Of a stretch of DNA of 31,453 nucleotides, positions 1 to 9,475 are shown in pieces (position 1 is the stretch's first letter; each line of letters opens with the position of its first letter). The stretch is from NCBI GenBank assembly GCA_016192455.1, contig JACPUC010000030.1:124001-155453 (forward strand). Reading direction: 5' to 3'. Under the pieces are notes generated by a model, which was not told where the DNA came from, searched no databases, and saw only the letters and a list, made by a program, of their open reading frames with translations. Origin of the DNA: Candidatus Tectimicrobiota bacterium. GTDB taxonomy: Bacteria; JACPUC01. A program made the translations under genes and the position numbers.

Positions 1-27
1 GTGTGGAGGGGGCGCGCAAAGCGCAGA

Positions 28-55
28 AAGGGGCAGCGCCGCCGCGCCGCCCCTT
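28..55 (-). terminator. Probable intrinsic terminator downstream of the first ABC substrate-binding gene
   Basis: Minus-strand stem AAGGGGCGGCGC/GCGCTGCCCCTT with a 4-nt loop and only a short T run, ~25 nt after the stop at 82. Confidence 0.5.
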
Positions 56-81
56 GCAGGAGGGTCCAGGTCTCCCGAACG

Positions 82-1092
82 CTACTTCTTCCCCGCCGCT
101 TTCAGGAAGCTCAGGTCGAAGAGCTGGTCCTCGGGCACCATTTTCTGCACGTTCCCGGTCTTGACAAGCCACTCCTGCATCGCCATGACGCTCTTTATGT
201 TCGGCATGGAATCGTACGTAAAGCCGGCATGGATGGACTTCTTGATGAGGTCCGGCTCAAGCTTCGTCCATTTGTTCATCACCGTGGCCACTTCATCGCT
301 CTGCTTGCCTTTGTCGATGTAGAACTTCACCCCCTTCTGGTAGGCGTTCATCCATTTCTGGGCATCGTCGCGGCGCTCGCGGATGAACTTACCGGTGTAG
401 ATGAAGAACGCCGAGGTAAAATCGAGGGTGCCGGGGGTCTGATCGCCGGTGACCAGGATTTTGCCGACGCCCATCTCCTCGGCGCGCGTCCCCCATGGGT
501 CCACGAAGATGCCCGCGTCGACGGCCTTGGTCTGCATCCCCTGCACCATCTTCGGGATGTCCATGTATTTGACCTTGTTGTGATCGTAGGGAACACCGTT
601 CGAGGTGAGGATGTGGTAGAGGAGGTACTCGCCGGAGGTGAAGGGGGCGTTGTTGTAGATCGTCCGGCCGGCAAGGTCCTTCACGCTGCGGACCTCGCCG
701 GAGTCGTAGAGGTCCTTGCGGACGGCCAACAAGAGGTAGCCGTTGCCCTTCGACAGCTTCCCCTTGTCGGCGACGATCTTCATATCCAGGCCCGTGGCGA
801 AGGCGTTGAAGAAGCCCGCGCTCACCGCGCCGCCGAGGACATCGAGCTGCCCGGTGGCGGCGGGCGCCATCATCTTCTGGGCGGAGATGAAGCGCTCGGC
901 CTTGACCGTCAGTCCTGCCTCCGTGAAGTAGCCGTTGTCAATGGCGATAAAGAACGGGGCGTAGGAGAGGAACGGTTGGTAGCCGGCATTCACCTCCGCC
1001 GCCGAGGCCGGGCCGAGGGGCAGGGCGAGCAGGCTGGCGAGCAGAGCGAGGGGGAACGTCAGGGATACAACGCGTCGCATGCGTGGCAGCAT
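82..1092 (-). CDS. ABC transporter substrate-binding protein, NitT/TauT (SsuA/THI5-like) family
   Basis: Signal peptide (…LPLGPASA|AE); family-typical segments 'APFFIAIDNGYFTEAGLTV', 'ATGQLDV', 'VKDLAGRTI'; GAGGAG SD 8 nt before ATG 1092. Confidence 0.88.
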   Translation of the reverse strand: MLPRMRRVVSLTFPLALLASLLALPLGPASAAEVNAGYQPFLSYAPFFIAIDNGYFTEAGLTVKAERFISAQKMMAPAATGQLDVLGGAVSAGFFNAFATGLDMKIVADKGKLSKGNGYLLLAVRKDLYDSGEVRSVKDLAGRTIYNNAPFTSGEYLLYHILTSNGVPYDHNKVKYMDIPKMVQGMQTKAVDAGIFVDPWGTRAEEMGVGKILVTGDQTPGTLDFTSAFFIYTGKFIRERRDDAQKWMNAYQKGVKFYIDKGKQSDEVATVMNKWTKLEPDLIKKSIHAGFTYDSMPNIKSVMAMQEWLVKTGNVQKMVPEDQLFDLSFLKAAGKK

Positions 1093-1394
1093 CTTGATAC
1101 CTCCTCAGGAACAGCGCGTGCGTTCAGTGGCCGCTCCTCTCATCTCGTCGCCGCGCCGTTCGGGGCAGCGCTCCGCGATGAGAAGGCCGCAGGACCACAT
1201 CTCCTCATGCCGACTTGGTGAGCGGAGAGGCTCCGCCGCCGAGCATCACTTGTGCAGAGCTGGGTGTGCTCTCTCCCATATACCAGCCGCGCCGCAAGAG
1301 TTCAAAGGGAAAGCGGCCCAGCCGCCCGGCCCGCGGCTGTGGCGTGGTGACCCTCCACCCCGCCGCGCCGGTCGTCGTCCTGCCCCGGCGCGTC

Positions 1395-2375
1395 TTAAAA
1401 CTTCGCAAAGAGCTCCTTGTCCGGCGCCTTCTTCACGATGCCGAGCTCCACCGCTTTCCGCACCTGCCACCTGCCGGCCTCGATCGCCTTGTCATCCCAC
1501 GGCGTCTTGTAGATGCGGATCATTCGCTGCTTCAGGACGGCGATGACTTTGGGATCGCTGATCTCCAGGGTTTTCCTGCCGATCTCCAGCGCTTCATCGG
1601 GATGCGCCAGAATCCAGGCGCGCGCCTGCCCCACGGCGCGGGCCAGCCCTTGCGCCGCCTTCGGGTGCGCATCGAGCCACGCCTTGCGCGCCGCTAACGT
1701 CGAGAAGAGGAGCGGCACGCCCTTCGTCGTCTCGTTCCAGAGGTCTTCAAACCACACCACTTCCTCGGCCTCGCCTTTCGCGATCAGCATGCTGGTGAAG
1801 GGCTCGTAATGGATCGACGCGTCAACCTCCTTGCGGCTGATGAAGGCCATCAAGGCGATGGGGTTGCCGATGATGAGCTTGTAATCCTTCTCGGGATCAC
1901 AGCCGCGCACCGCGCAGAGAATCCTGAACGTGTTGTACGTTGAGGAGCTGCGCTGGACGAAGCCGAGGCGCTTCCCCTTCAGGTCCTCAAAGCGGTTGAG
2001 TTTCGCCCCCGCGGGTCTGAGGAAGCTGACATGCGCGTCCATGACAATCTCAAAGTTGACGAGATGGTTCCCCTCGGCGAGTTGCTCGGCGGCGATGATG
2101 GGGCTGAAGTAGGAGACGTCCACACTCCCGAGGATGAGACCCTGGATCGCTTTGGGTCCGGCGAAGTACTTGTACTCGATGTCGAGCCCATACGGCTTGT
2201 GAAGTCCCTTCGCTTGGATGATATCCGACACGAGGCGGGTGCCGCCTCCGGTCGAGGAGCCGTAGATCACCTTCTCCTGAGGCTGCGCCGGCGCCTGCGT
2301 CAGCGGACTGAGCAGCAAGGCCAGGACGACGAGCAACCCCAAGGCGCAGCTCCCCCTGCGTCGCTCCTTCCACAT
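1395..2375 (-). CDS. ABC transporter substrate-binding protein, NitT/TauT family
   Basis: Signal peptide; 'GLHKPYGLDIE', 'FEDLKGKRLG', 'KAWLDAHPKAAQGLARA'; AAGGAG SD 7 nt before ATG 2375, preferred over 2411. Confidence 0.85.
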   Translation of the reverse strand: MWKERRRGSCALGLLVVLALLLSPLTQAPAQPQEKVIYGSSTGGGTRLVSDIIQAKGLHKPYGLDIEYKYFAGPKAIQGLILGSVDVSYFSPIIAAEQLAEGNHLVNFEIVMDAHVSFLRPAGAKLNRFEDLKGKRLGFVQRSSSTYNTFRILCAVRGCDPEKDYKLIIGNPIALMAFISRKEVDASIHYEPFTSMLIAKGEAEEVVWFEDLWNETTKGVPLLFSTLAARKAWLDAHPKAAQGLARAVGQARAWILAHPDEALEIGRKTLEISDPKVIAVLKQRMIRIYKTPWDDKAIEAGRWQVRKAVELGIVKKAPDKELFAKF

Positions 2376-2664
2376 GGCTGCACTCCTTACTTTTCTGCGA
2401 GGAAAGCTCAACCCACCCCCTCCACCTCACTCCGGGGCAGGGGTTCGACGCTCGTCAGGGAAGGCCCGCAATCTGGCGGCGCGGCAACGGCTCCCAAACC
2501 TTCCACGTCCCACTTCAGCGCCGGTCATCGCGGCCCGGCATGCCTCTCTGCGTGCTTCAGGTGACAGGGAAAGACATATCAAGCTTCACCGACTGCGTCA
2601 AGGAAAGAAGCGCGGCGCGAGCGGCGAGGGGGTGCCGCGCAGGTGGCGGTGGTCCGTCGAGGAT

Positions 2665-2707
2665 TTGACATCTATCAAGGACAGTGCCCCGGGCAGAAGG
2701 CCACAAT
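2665..2707 (+). promoter_or_regulatory. FNR/CRP-family-like box (TTGAC-ATCT-ATCAA) with a downstream -10 (CACAAT)
   Basis: One mismatch to the FNR consensus TTGAT-N4-ATCAA at 2665-2678; centre ~42 nt upstream of the start implied by CACAAT at 2702-2707 (class II geometry). Confidence 0.55.
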
Positions 2708-2920
2708 GAAAACGAGGGAGAAACTGTGGCAGGAACCGTCCGGAACGCCGCCGGCGTGGCGCGGCCGGCCGTCTGCCGCCGCCCCAGGCGCGGGGATCAA
2801 GCGGGGGATCACGCCGCGCGTGCTTGAGGGCGGCAGGGGGGATGGGGGGATGGCGCGGCTCCAGTGAGCAACGTCAGCAACCGACGCGAGGTGAGAAAAG
2901 GCGCCCGAGGGGGGAAAGCA

Positions 2921-5563
2921 ATGGCTTCAACGGCAGACAGCGCGGCACGCGAAGGCGTTCTCGACTCCAGCCACGACGACGTCTGGATTCCGACCGCCTG
3001 CAGCATGTGCTATGGCACCTGCTCGATCCTTGCCCACCGCGTCAATGGCGTGGTGACGAAGATTGAGGGCAACCCGGCGAGCGAGATCGGCAAGGGACGC
3101 CTCTGCGCCAAGGGCATCAGCGGCATCATGACGCTTTACGACCCGAACCGGGTGAACGTCCCCCTGCGGCGCACCAACCCGAAGAAGGGCGTCGGCGTCG
3201 ACCCCGGCTGGCAGGAGATCACCTGGGACGAGGCCCTCGACGAGATCGCCGCGCGCCTGCGCAAGGTGCGCGCCGAGGACCCCCGCAAGCTCTTCGTGCA
3301 ACGCACCACCACGAACATGACCATCGGGCCGACGACGCACGCCTTTTGCCACGCCTTCGGGACCCCGAACTCCTGGTCGGCCGGCGGCGGGCTGCACTGC
3401 GGCAACGGCGCCCATCTCATCAGCGGCATCATGCACGCCTCGTGGTCCATCGTGCCGGATTTCGAGCACTGCCAGTACGCCGTTTACTTCGGCGCCTCGA
3501 AGGGGCACGCCGCTGGGCACGCCTCCTGCTCGAACATGGGGCTGGCGGCGGACGCGCGGGTGCGCGGCATGAAGATGGTGGTGGTGGACCCGATGTGCAA
3601 CTTCGCCGCCGCCAAGGCGAACGAGTGGGTGCCGATCCGCGTCGGCACGGACGCGGCCTTGGCCCTGGCGATGGCGCACGTCCTCGTCAACGAGCTCGGC
3701 ATCTGGGACGCGCCCTATCTGGCCTCGAAGACGAACGCGCCCTACCTGATCGGGCCGGATAAACTCTACGTGCGCGACAAAGAGACGAACGAGCCTCTGG
3801 TGTGGGATGCCGGCGCCGGAAAAGCGCGCCCCTACAACGCCGAGGGCCTCGGTCAGCTCGCCCTGGAGGGGAGCTATGCAGTGAATGGCGTGCGCTGCCG
3901 GCCGGCCTTTGCCTGCCTGAAGGAGCACCTGGCGCGGCACACGCCGGAGTGGGCGGCGCCGATGACGACGATCCCGGCGGCGACGATCCGTCGCCTGGGG
4001 CAGGAGTTCGGGCGCGAGGCGCGGGTGGGGAGCACCATCGTCATCGACGGGGTGCGGCTGCCGTACCGGCCGGTGGCGGCGATCGCCTTCCGCGGCTCCG
4101 AGGGGCACCGCAACGCCGTTTACAACTTCCTGGCGGTGGACCTGTTGAACCACCTCGTCGGGGCGGCGGACGTGGTCGGCGGCTGCCTGGGGTTCAACCC
4201 GGTCTGCCACGGCCATCCGGAGACGAAGCGGCCCGCCTACGTCCCCTACGCCGGCCCCGACGGCCTCATGGTCACTGGCACCTGGATGGTCCCCCACCTG
4301 CCGTACCCCTTCGAGTACCCCCGCATGCCGAAGTCGATGGGTTTCAACGAGCTCTTCCCGCTTGGGATGCACTCGCTGCTCATGGCTTCCGGCGATCAGG
4401 AGGACCTCTGGCGGCGCTTCGATCTCCCCTACCGCCCCGAGGTGATGATCAACATCGGCTGCAACTCGGTGATGAGCGTCGGCAACTCGGAGACCGTCAT
4501 CAACACCATCCTGCGCATCCCGTTCGTCGTCTCCATCGACCTCTTCAAGACCGAGCTTTCCGAGCTGGCCGACATCGTCTTGCCCGATACGAGCTACTTG
4601 GAGGCCGTCGACTCGAAGCCCAACTACCCCTTCATCTTCAACCTGCCGGGGGGCATGGGGGACTGGACCTGGGCGATCCGCCAGCCGATCGTGGAGCCGC
4701 TTGCCGAGCGCCGGCAGATGAATGACGTGCTGCTCGAGATCGCCGATCGCCTGGAGATGCGCGAGGAGATGAACATGGCGCTCAACGCCATGTTGAAGCT
4801 GCAGCCCCCCTTCCACCTGAAAGGCCAGCAGCGCTACACCTTCGCCGAGGTCTGCGACCATCACCTGAAGTCGAATTTCGGCCCCGAGCATGACCTGGCG
4901 TGGTTCAAGGAGCACGGCGTCCTCTCCTGGCCGAAGAAGCCGCAGGAGGTCTACTGGCGCCCCTTCGTTGAGGTGCGGGTGCCGATCTACTGGGAGTACC
5001 TGAAGCGCGTCGGCGATCAGGCGCGGGCGCTGGCCGAGCCGCGCGGCCTGCACCTGCCGGAGGAGTACTACGATCCCCTGCCGACGTGGCTGCCGTGCAC
5101 CAGCCACACCTGCAGCGATGCCCAGTTCGACCTCTACGCCTTCTACTACCGCGACACCATCCACACGAACAGCTTCACCATGGAGAACCCCTGGCTGGAC
5201 GAGGCGGCGCAGCTCGATCCGAACTCGTACTACATTGCCATGAACGCTGAAACCGGCGCCAGGAAGGGGCTGCGGGACGGCGAAGAGGTGTGGCTGGAGA
5301 CGGTGAAGGGGCGGCGGGTGCGCGGGCGCCTGCACCTCACCCAGGCGGTGCATCCGGAATGCCTCGGCATCGGGGCCTGCGCCGGGCATTGGAGCGACGG
5401 GCAGCCGATCGCCAAGGGCAAAGGCGTCTTCTTCAACGAGCTGCTCGAAGTCGATATGAACCACGCCAGCCCCGTCAACTTCAACCTCGACCTCTGCGCC
5501 AAGGTGAAGATGACCAGGGTGGAGGAGAACGGCTCAGCGTCCCAGGGGAGTGTGGCGCCCTAG
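2921..5563 (+). CDS. Molybdopterin (bis-MGD) oxidoreductase catalytic subunit, DMSO reductase family
   Basis: N-terminal CSMCYGTC…C 4Fe-4S motif; 'YDPNRVNVPLRRTNPKKG…ITWDEALD'; 'EWVPIRVGTDAALALAM'; 'LADIVLPDTSYLE'; C-terminal dinucleotide-binding domain; purine-rich SD before ATG 2921. Confidence 0.93.
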   Translation: MASTADSAAREGVLDSSHDDVWIPTACSMCYGTCSILAHRVNGVVTKIEGNPASEIGKGRLCAKGISGIMTLYDPNRVNVPLRRTNPKKGVGVDPGWQEITWDEALDEIAARLRKVRAEDPRKLFVQRTTTNMTIGPTTHAFCHAFGTPNSWSAGGGLHCGNGAHLISGIMHASWSIVPDFEHCQYAVYFGASKGHAAGHASCSNMGLAADARVRGMKMVVVDPMCNFAAAKANEWVPIRVGTDAALALAMAHVLVNELGIWDAPYLASKTNAPYLIGPDKLYVRDKETNEPLVWDAGAGKARPYNAEGLGQLALEGSYAVNGVRCRPAFACLKEHLARHTPEWAAPMTTIPAATIRRLGQEFGREARVGSTIVIDGVRLPYRPVAAIAFRGSEGHRNAVYNFLAVDLLNHLVGAADVVGGCLGFNPVCHGHPETKRPAYVPYAGPDGLMVTGTWMVPHLPYPFEYPRMPKSMGFNELFPLGMHSLLMASGDQEDLWRRFDLPYRPEVMINIGCNSVMSVGNSETVINTILRIPFVVSIDLFKTELSELADIVLPDTSYLEAVDSKPNYPFIFNLPGGMGDWTWAIRQPIVEPLAERRQMNDVLLEIADRLEMREEMNMALNAMLKLQPPFHLKGQQRYTFAEVCDHHLKSNFGPEHDLAWFKEHGVLSWPKKPQEVYWRPFVEVRVPIYWEYLKRVGDQARALAEPRGLHLPEEYYDPLPTWLPCTSHTCSDAQFDLYAFYYRDTIHTNSFTMENPWLDEAAQLDPNSYYIAMNAETGARKGLRDGEEVWLETVKGRRVRGRLHLTQAVHPECLGIGACAGHWSDGQPIAKGKGVFFNELLEVDMNHASPVNFNLDLCAKVKMTRVEENGSASQGSVAP

Positions 5564-5607
5564 CCTGGCCCGGCGGGGCGCCCGCGTGCCGCGTGGCAAG
5601 GCCGCCA

Positions 5608-5922
5608 TCACGCGGTCGGCTTCTCGCTGAGCTGGATGACCTCGTGCATCTCGAAGACATTGGGGCCGGCGTACATCTCCTTCGGGGGGCGCGGGCCGGC
5701 GTGCGCCTGCTTGAAGGAATCGCTCTTCGTCCAGGCCTCAAAAGCCTCCTGCGACTCCCAGTGCGTCAGCACCACGTAGTAGTCACCCCGCAGCGGCCTC
5801 AGCAGCTCGTTACGGATAAAACCCGGGAACCGCTCAACTTTCCCAAGGCGGTTCGCAAAGCGCTGCTCGAAGTCAGCCTCGTACCCCGAGGCGACCTGAA
5901 TGCGGTTCGCCACGACAATCAT
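5608..5922 (-). CDS. Antibiotic biosynthesis monooxygenase (ABM) domain protein, IsdG/HmoA-like
   Basis: 104 aa 'MIVVANRIQV…FEQRF…PGFIRNELLRP…YVVLTHWESQEAFEAWTKSDSFKQAH'; AGGAGA SD before ATG 5922; only the 3' part of the tracked ORF 5608..6633. Confidence 0.88.
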   Translation of the reverse strand: MIVVANRIQVASGYEADFEQRFANRLGKVERFPGFIRNELLRPLRGDYYVVLTHWESQEAFEAWTKSDSFKQAHAGPRPPKEMYAGPNVFEMHEVIQLSEKPTA

Positions 5923-6005
5923 CGCTGCAGTCTCCTGATCTTTGTACACGGATGTGGGTGGAAGAGCTGGCGGAGCCCGCGCCTGCGGCGCTTCTCGGAG
6001 CCGGC

Positions 6006-6503
6006 CTAGAGCGCGCAGTCCGCACCGGCTGGGGTGGTGTCCCGCCCCTTGCCCTGCGACAGCTCGAGGCGTGTGACATGCTTCACGTTGGCGCAGGCGT
6101 TCGAGCCGGGGATCACCAACCGCAGCGGCCCGCCGAAGCGCTGCTGCAAGGGCCGGCCTTCCAGGGCGTAGATAAGGATGCCCTTCGCGAGCACCTCCAG
6201 CAGTTCCACGCTGGCCGAGAAGCCTCCATCGTTGGAATGGAAGGTAACGTGGCTCGTCTGTTCCGGAATGCCGGCCGCTTCCAGGATGCCCCGCACGAAC
6301 ACGCCGGCGCCGCCGAAATGCGGCACGTAGCGGCTGACGTCCGGCGCCTGGTGGTGCGGCGCCAGCGCTTGCAGATCGCCGAAGCAGAAGGAGCGGACGT
6401 TGCCGCCGGCTCCCGGCCCGCAGTTGATCACCTCGAGGAGCACCGCCGGCGCGCGGTCCCAATTGTCGCCCGAACGGCTCTCCTGATCTCCCGGCTGATC
6501 CAT
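6006..6503 (-). CDS. Small sulfite-oxidase-type molybdopterin-binding domain protein
   Basis: 'GV..RGILEAAG', 'DGGFSASVEL', 'ILIYALEGRPLQQRFGGPLRLVIPG…NVKHVTRLEL' match the Oxidored_molyb pattern; GAGGGG SD. Confidence 0.75.
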   Translation of the reverse strand: MDQPGDQESRSGDNWDRAPAVLLEVINCGPGAGGNVRSFCFGDLQALAPHHQAPDVSRYVPHFGGAGVFVRGILEAAGIPEQTSHVTFHSNDGGFSASVELLEVLAKGILIYALEGRPLQQRFGGPLRLVIPGSNACANVKHVTRLELSQGKGRDTTPAGADCAL

Positions 6504-6635
6504 ACGGCCCCCTCATGCGGGGGAGCACCCCGCTCGCGCAGGCAGGTAGGGCACGGGGCAGGCGCTCCCGCGGCATGACCCCGACGCGGGCTGGTCTTCT
6601 GCCCCGTCGACCAGCCCGGTCAGCGCGGTTCATGG

Positions 6636-6665
6636 AGTATAGGGAGGAGCTTCCAGCCCGGTCAA
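6636..6665 (-). promoter_or_regulatory. Putative sigma70 promoter for the Moco-domain/ABM genes
   Basis: Minus strand TTGACC-N18-TATACT. Confidence 0.5.
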
Positions 6666-6842
6666 GATCGAGCCGACGGCATAGCTGGCCGCATCGCCCC
6701 CCTGTCGAGCGTGTCTTGCGGCTTCGACGGTGCGTGGCCTGCCGCGGCCACCAAGGAGCTGGTTGCGACCGAGGCTTCTCCAGGTGTTCGGTTTCATGGC
6801 CGGTCGCGCCCCTCTCCTGCGGGGCGCTCGTTCACCCTCTCC

Positions 6843-6871
6843 TTGACCCATGGTGAAGGCGCTCCTATATT
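6843..6871 (+). promoter_or_regulatory. Putative sigma70 promoter for the DAHP synthase gene
   Basis: TTGACC-N17-TATATT. Confidence 0.55.
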
Positions 6872-7103
6872 CCACCCAGCTTCCCGCGCTCGGCCCTCGG
6901 CTCCCGCCGGTTGACCCTGCTGCCGCTGGGGCAAGGTCGGCGGGGCAAGGCTGCTGGGGCGGCCGCTTCGCGGCAGATGCAATGCTGGCGGGGAGAAAGT
7001 TTCACGCCGGTGCTCCACGAGCATCGCAGGGGTCTCTGGCTCGGATGCTGGCGTCGCGTCACGGTTCGGGCTTGGTGACCCGAGCGGAGAGGATTGCGCA
7101 ACC

Positions 7104-8120
7104 ATGATCATCGTCATGTCACCGCGGGCGACGGCGGCGCAGCTTCAGCACGTCATCGAACGCATCGAAGCCCTGGGCTACCATGCCCACGTCATTCACG
7201 GCTCGGAACGCAACGTCGTGGGGGCCGTCGGCGACGAGCGCGGCAAGTTTCAGCTCCAGTCGCTCGAATCGCTGCCGGGGGTTGATTCGGTTGTCCCCAT
7301 CCTGAAGCCCTACAAGCTGGCCAGCAAAGAGGTGAAAGCGGAGAAGAGCATCATCACGGTGGGCCATGTCAAGATCGGCGGCCCGCGGCTTGTGGTGATG
7401 GCCGGCCCCTGCTCGGTGGAGAGCCGCGAGCAGGTCATGGAGACCGCCGAGGTGGTGAAGCGGGCCGGCGCCCAAATCCTGCGCGGCGGCGCCTACAAGC
7501 CGCGCACCTCGCCGTACTCCTTCCAGGGGATGGAGGAGGAGGGGCTGAAGCTGTTGGCCGAGGCCCGCGAGGCGACGGGGCTGCCGATCATTACCGAGGT
7601 GATGAACCCGCGCGAGATCGAGATCATCGAGCGCTATACCGATATCATCCAGATCGGCGCCCGCAACGTGCAGAACTTTTCTCTCCTGAAGGAGGTGGGA
7701 CAGTGCCGCAAACCGATCTTCCTGAAGCGCGGCATGAGCACCACCATCAGCGAGTTTCTCCTCTCCGCCGAGTACATCCTGTCGCAGGGCAACCGCGACG
7801 TCATCCTCTGCGAGCGCGGCATCCGCACCTTCGAGACGGCCACCCGCAACACCCTCGACCTCAGCGCCATTCCGGTGCTGCAAGGCGAAACGCACCTGCC
7901 GGTTGTCGTTGATCCCAGCCACGCCACCGGCCACTGGCGCCTCGTGCCGCCCATGGCCAAGGCCGCCGTGGCGGCCGGCGCCGACGGCCTGATGATCGAG
8001 GTGCACCCCCATCCCGAAGAGGCCCTCTCCGACGGCCCCCAGGCCCTGAAGCCGGAACGCTTCATCCACCTGATGGAAGAGCTGCGGCGCTTCGCCGAGG
8101 TTGCCGGACGCACGCTGTAG
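7104..8120 (+). CDS. aroF: 3-deoxy-7-phosphoheptulonate (DAHP) synthase, type I-beta with N-terminal regulatory domain
   Basis: 'MAGPCSVES', '[16 protein letters not shown]', '[10 protein letters not shown]', '[10 protein letters not shown]', 'VDPSHATG', '[14 protein letters not shown]'. Confidence 0.97.
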   Translation: MIIVMSPRATAAQLQHVIERIEALGYHAHVIHGSERNVVGAVGDERGKFQLQSLESLPGVDSVVPILKPYKLASKEVKAEKSIITVGHVKIGGPRLVVMAGPCSVESREQVMETAEVVKRAGAQILRGGAYKPRTSPYSFQGMEEEGLKLLAEAREATGLPIITEVMNPREIEIIERYTDIIQIGARNVQNFSLLKEVGQCRKPIFLKRGMSTTISEFLLSAEYILSQGNRDVILCERGIRTFETATRNTLDLSAIPVLQGETHLPVVVDPSHATGHWRLVPPMAKAAVAAGADGLMIEVHPHPEEALSDGPQALKPERFIHLMEELRRFAEVAGRTL

Positions 8121-8392
8121 TGTCGCCCGCATCCCCGCCAGGCTGGTCCCCTTGGGCTGTCCCCGCGGGACCGCTCGCGGAGATTGACACCAGGGGCGCA
8201 CCAACGCTCATCCGCTGCCCTCCATGAGACGGTGTGAGAGGTGGCCCTACCGGATGGTGGAAGCCCTGCGCCGTCCTGACGCGGTCTCGGTGAGCGGCTT
8301 CTCCCATCGCACCACGCCGGCTCGCGGGTCGGAGGGGTCGAGGGCTGGGCGCGCCTCGCCCGTATGGCGGGAGGGATGAGAAGGTCAAGATG

Positions 8393-8422
8393 TTGACTAC
8401 AAGGTCTCAACGTAGGTACACT
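8393..8422 (+). promoter_or_regulatory. Putative sigma70 promoter upstream of the thioesterase
   Basis: TTGACT-N18-TACACT in an AT-richer patch. Confidence 0.5.
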
Positions 8423-8622
8423 TATCTTTCTTGCAGAGAGGGGCAAGAGGGACGAAGCGTCGCCACGGGCGCGGCGCGCTCCTTCCTGAAGGGCGATCGG
8501 GCTTGCCCCGCCGCGGCTGGCGAGTCGGTCGGCGCCTTCTCGCAGCTCCGAGAAGGGTGCGGCGCTCAATCCTGGTCGTGAGCCGGGCCCCAAAGTAAGT
8601 TGTGCCGTCACTGGAGGAAAGC

Positions 8623-9069
8623 ATGAAGAGGTTCATCTTCGAGCAGCGCGTGCGGTGGGAGGATTGCGATCCCGGCGGGTTGATCTTCTATGGCAACTAC
8701 TTCCGCTACTTCGAGGCCGCGGAGGAGGAGCTGCTGCGCTCCACCGGCACCTCCGAATGGGAGATGAAGCAGAAGTACAACATCGCTCTCGGCAAGACCG
8801 ACGTGGGCATCCAGTTCTTCGCCCCGGCCCTTTACGATGACCTGATCGAGGTTCAGACGTGGATCCCGGAATACGACGATAAGCGCTACCTCATGCGCTT
8901 CGAGGTCTACAAGCAGGGCACCGAGACGCTCCTCTGCAAAGCCCATGCGAAGGTAATCTGCATGCAGAAGGGCGGCGAGCGCCTGCGCGCCCGCGAGCAT
9001 CCGCCCGAGTTGCTCGAGATCCTGGAGACCTACGCTGAAGAGGGCGCCCGGAAGGAGAAGATCCGCTGA
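8623..9069 (+). CDS. Acyl-CoA thioesterase, 4HBT/YbgC hotdog family
   Basis: 'RVRWEDCDPGGLIFYGNYFRYFEAA', 'FFAPALYDDLIEV'; GGAGG SD before ATG 8623. Confidence 0.9.
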   Translation: MKRFIFEQRVRWEDCDPGGLIFYGNYFRYFEAAEEELLRSTGTSEWEMKQKYNIALGKTDVGIQFFAPALYDDLIEVQTWIPEYDDKRYLMRFEVYKQGTETLLCKAHAKVICMQKGGERLRAREHPPELLEILETYAEEGARKEKIR

Positions 9070-9322
9070 GGAGGGGGCTCGCCTGGCGCAGGCGCGGGGC
9101 GCGCCCGGCGTTACCATGCAGGGACGAACACAACACAGCCCGGCGCGGGGCGCTTGCGCGGGACAAGGAGTGATGCCCGGCAGCAAGCCCCGGGGATCGC
9201 CTTCCAGCGCCCCCAGGCGGTGTCTTCGGCGGTGAATGGTTTGTCCGCAGCGCGTTTTCCGCCGTAGTCGGAGCTGTTGTCAGGCCGCACCGGAGCGGCA
9301 GAAGAAAAAGCGTCGGCTCCGC

Positions 9323-9352
9323 TTGACAGGTGCGGGGCTTTATTCCTATTAT
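9323..9352 (+). promoter_or_regulatory. Putative sigma70 promoter of the small-peptide unit
   Basis: TTGACA-N18-TATTAT in an AT-rich patch. Confidence 0.6.
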
Positions 9353-9409
9353 TCTTGTAGGTTACGTTCTTCGTAGTCGGCCGAGTTCTTCAGCATGGAG
9401 GGCTCAAGC

Positions 9410-9475
9410 ATGGTGTGGAGGATGACCGCCTTGGAGCGTTGCGCCGTTCTGGGGGTCTTCAAATTTCCACGCTGA
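9410..9475 (+). CDS. Small peptide 1 (21 aa, MVWRMTALERCAVLGVFKFPR), unknown function
   Basis: GGAGGG SD at 9397-9402; same length and C-terminal motif as peptide 2; an in-frame ATG at 9395 is an alternative start. Confidence 0.55.
   Translation: MVWRMTALERCAVLGVFKFPR

Noticed and set aside
2927-5464. Long antisense ORFs (also 1..1221, 7119..8204, 9997..12303, 15542..17368, 23215..24534, 27830..30190)
   Set aside because: Shadow frames opposite well-supported genes in high-GC DNA; no recognisable motifs
5923-6633. N-terminal extension of the 341-aa ORF 5608..6633
   Set aside because: Arg/Gly/Pro-rich frame overlapping the Moco-domain gene; the real ABM gene starts at 5922 with its own SD
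6630-6875. 81-aa minus-strand ORF in the divergent promoter region
   Set aside because: Overlaps both predicted promoters and has no recognisable features
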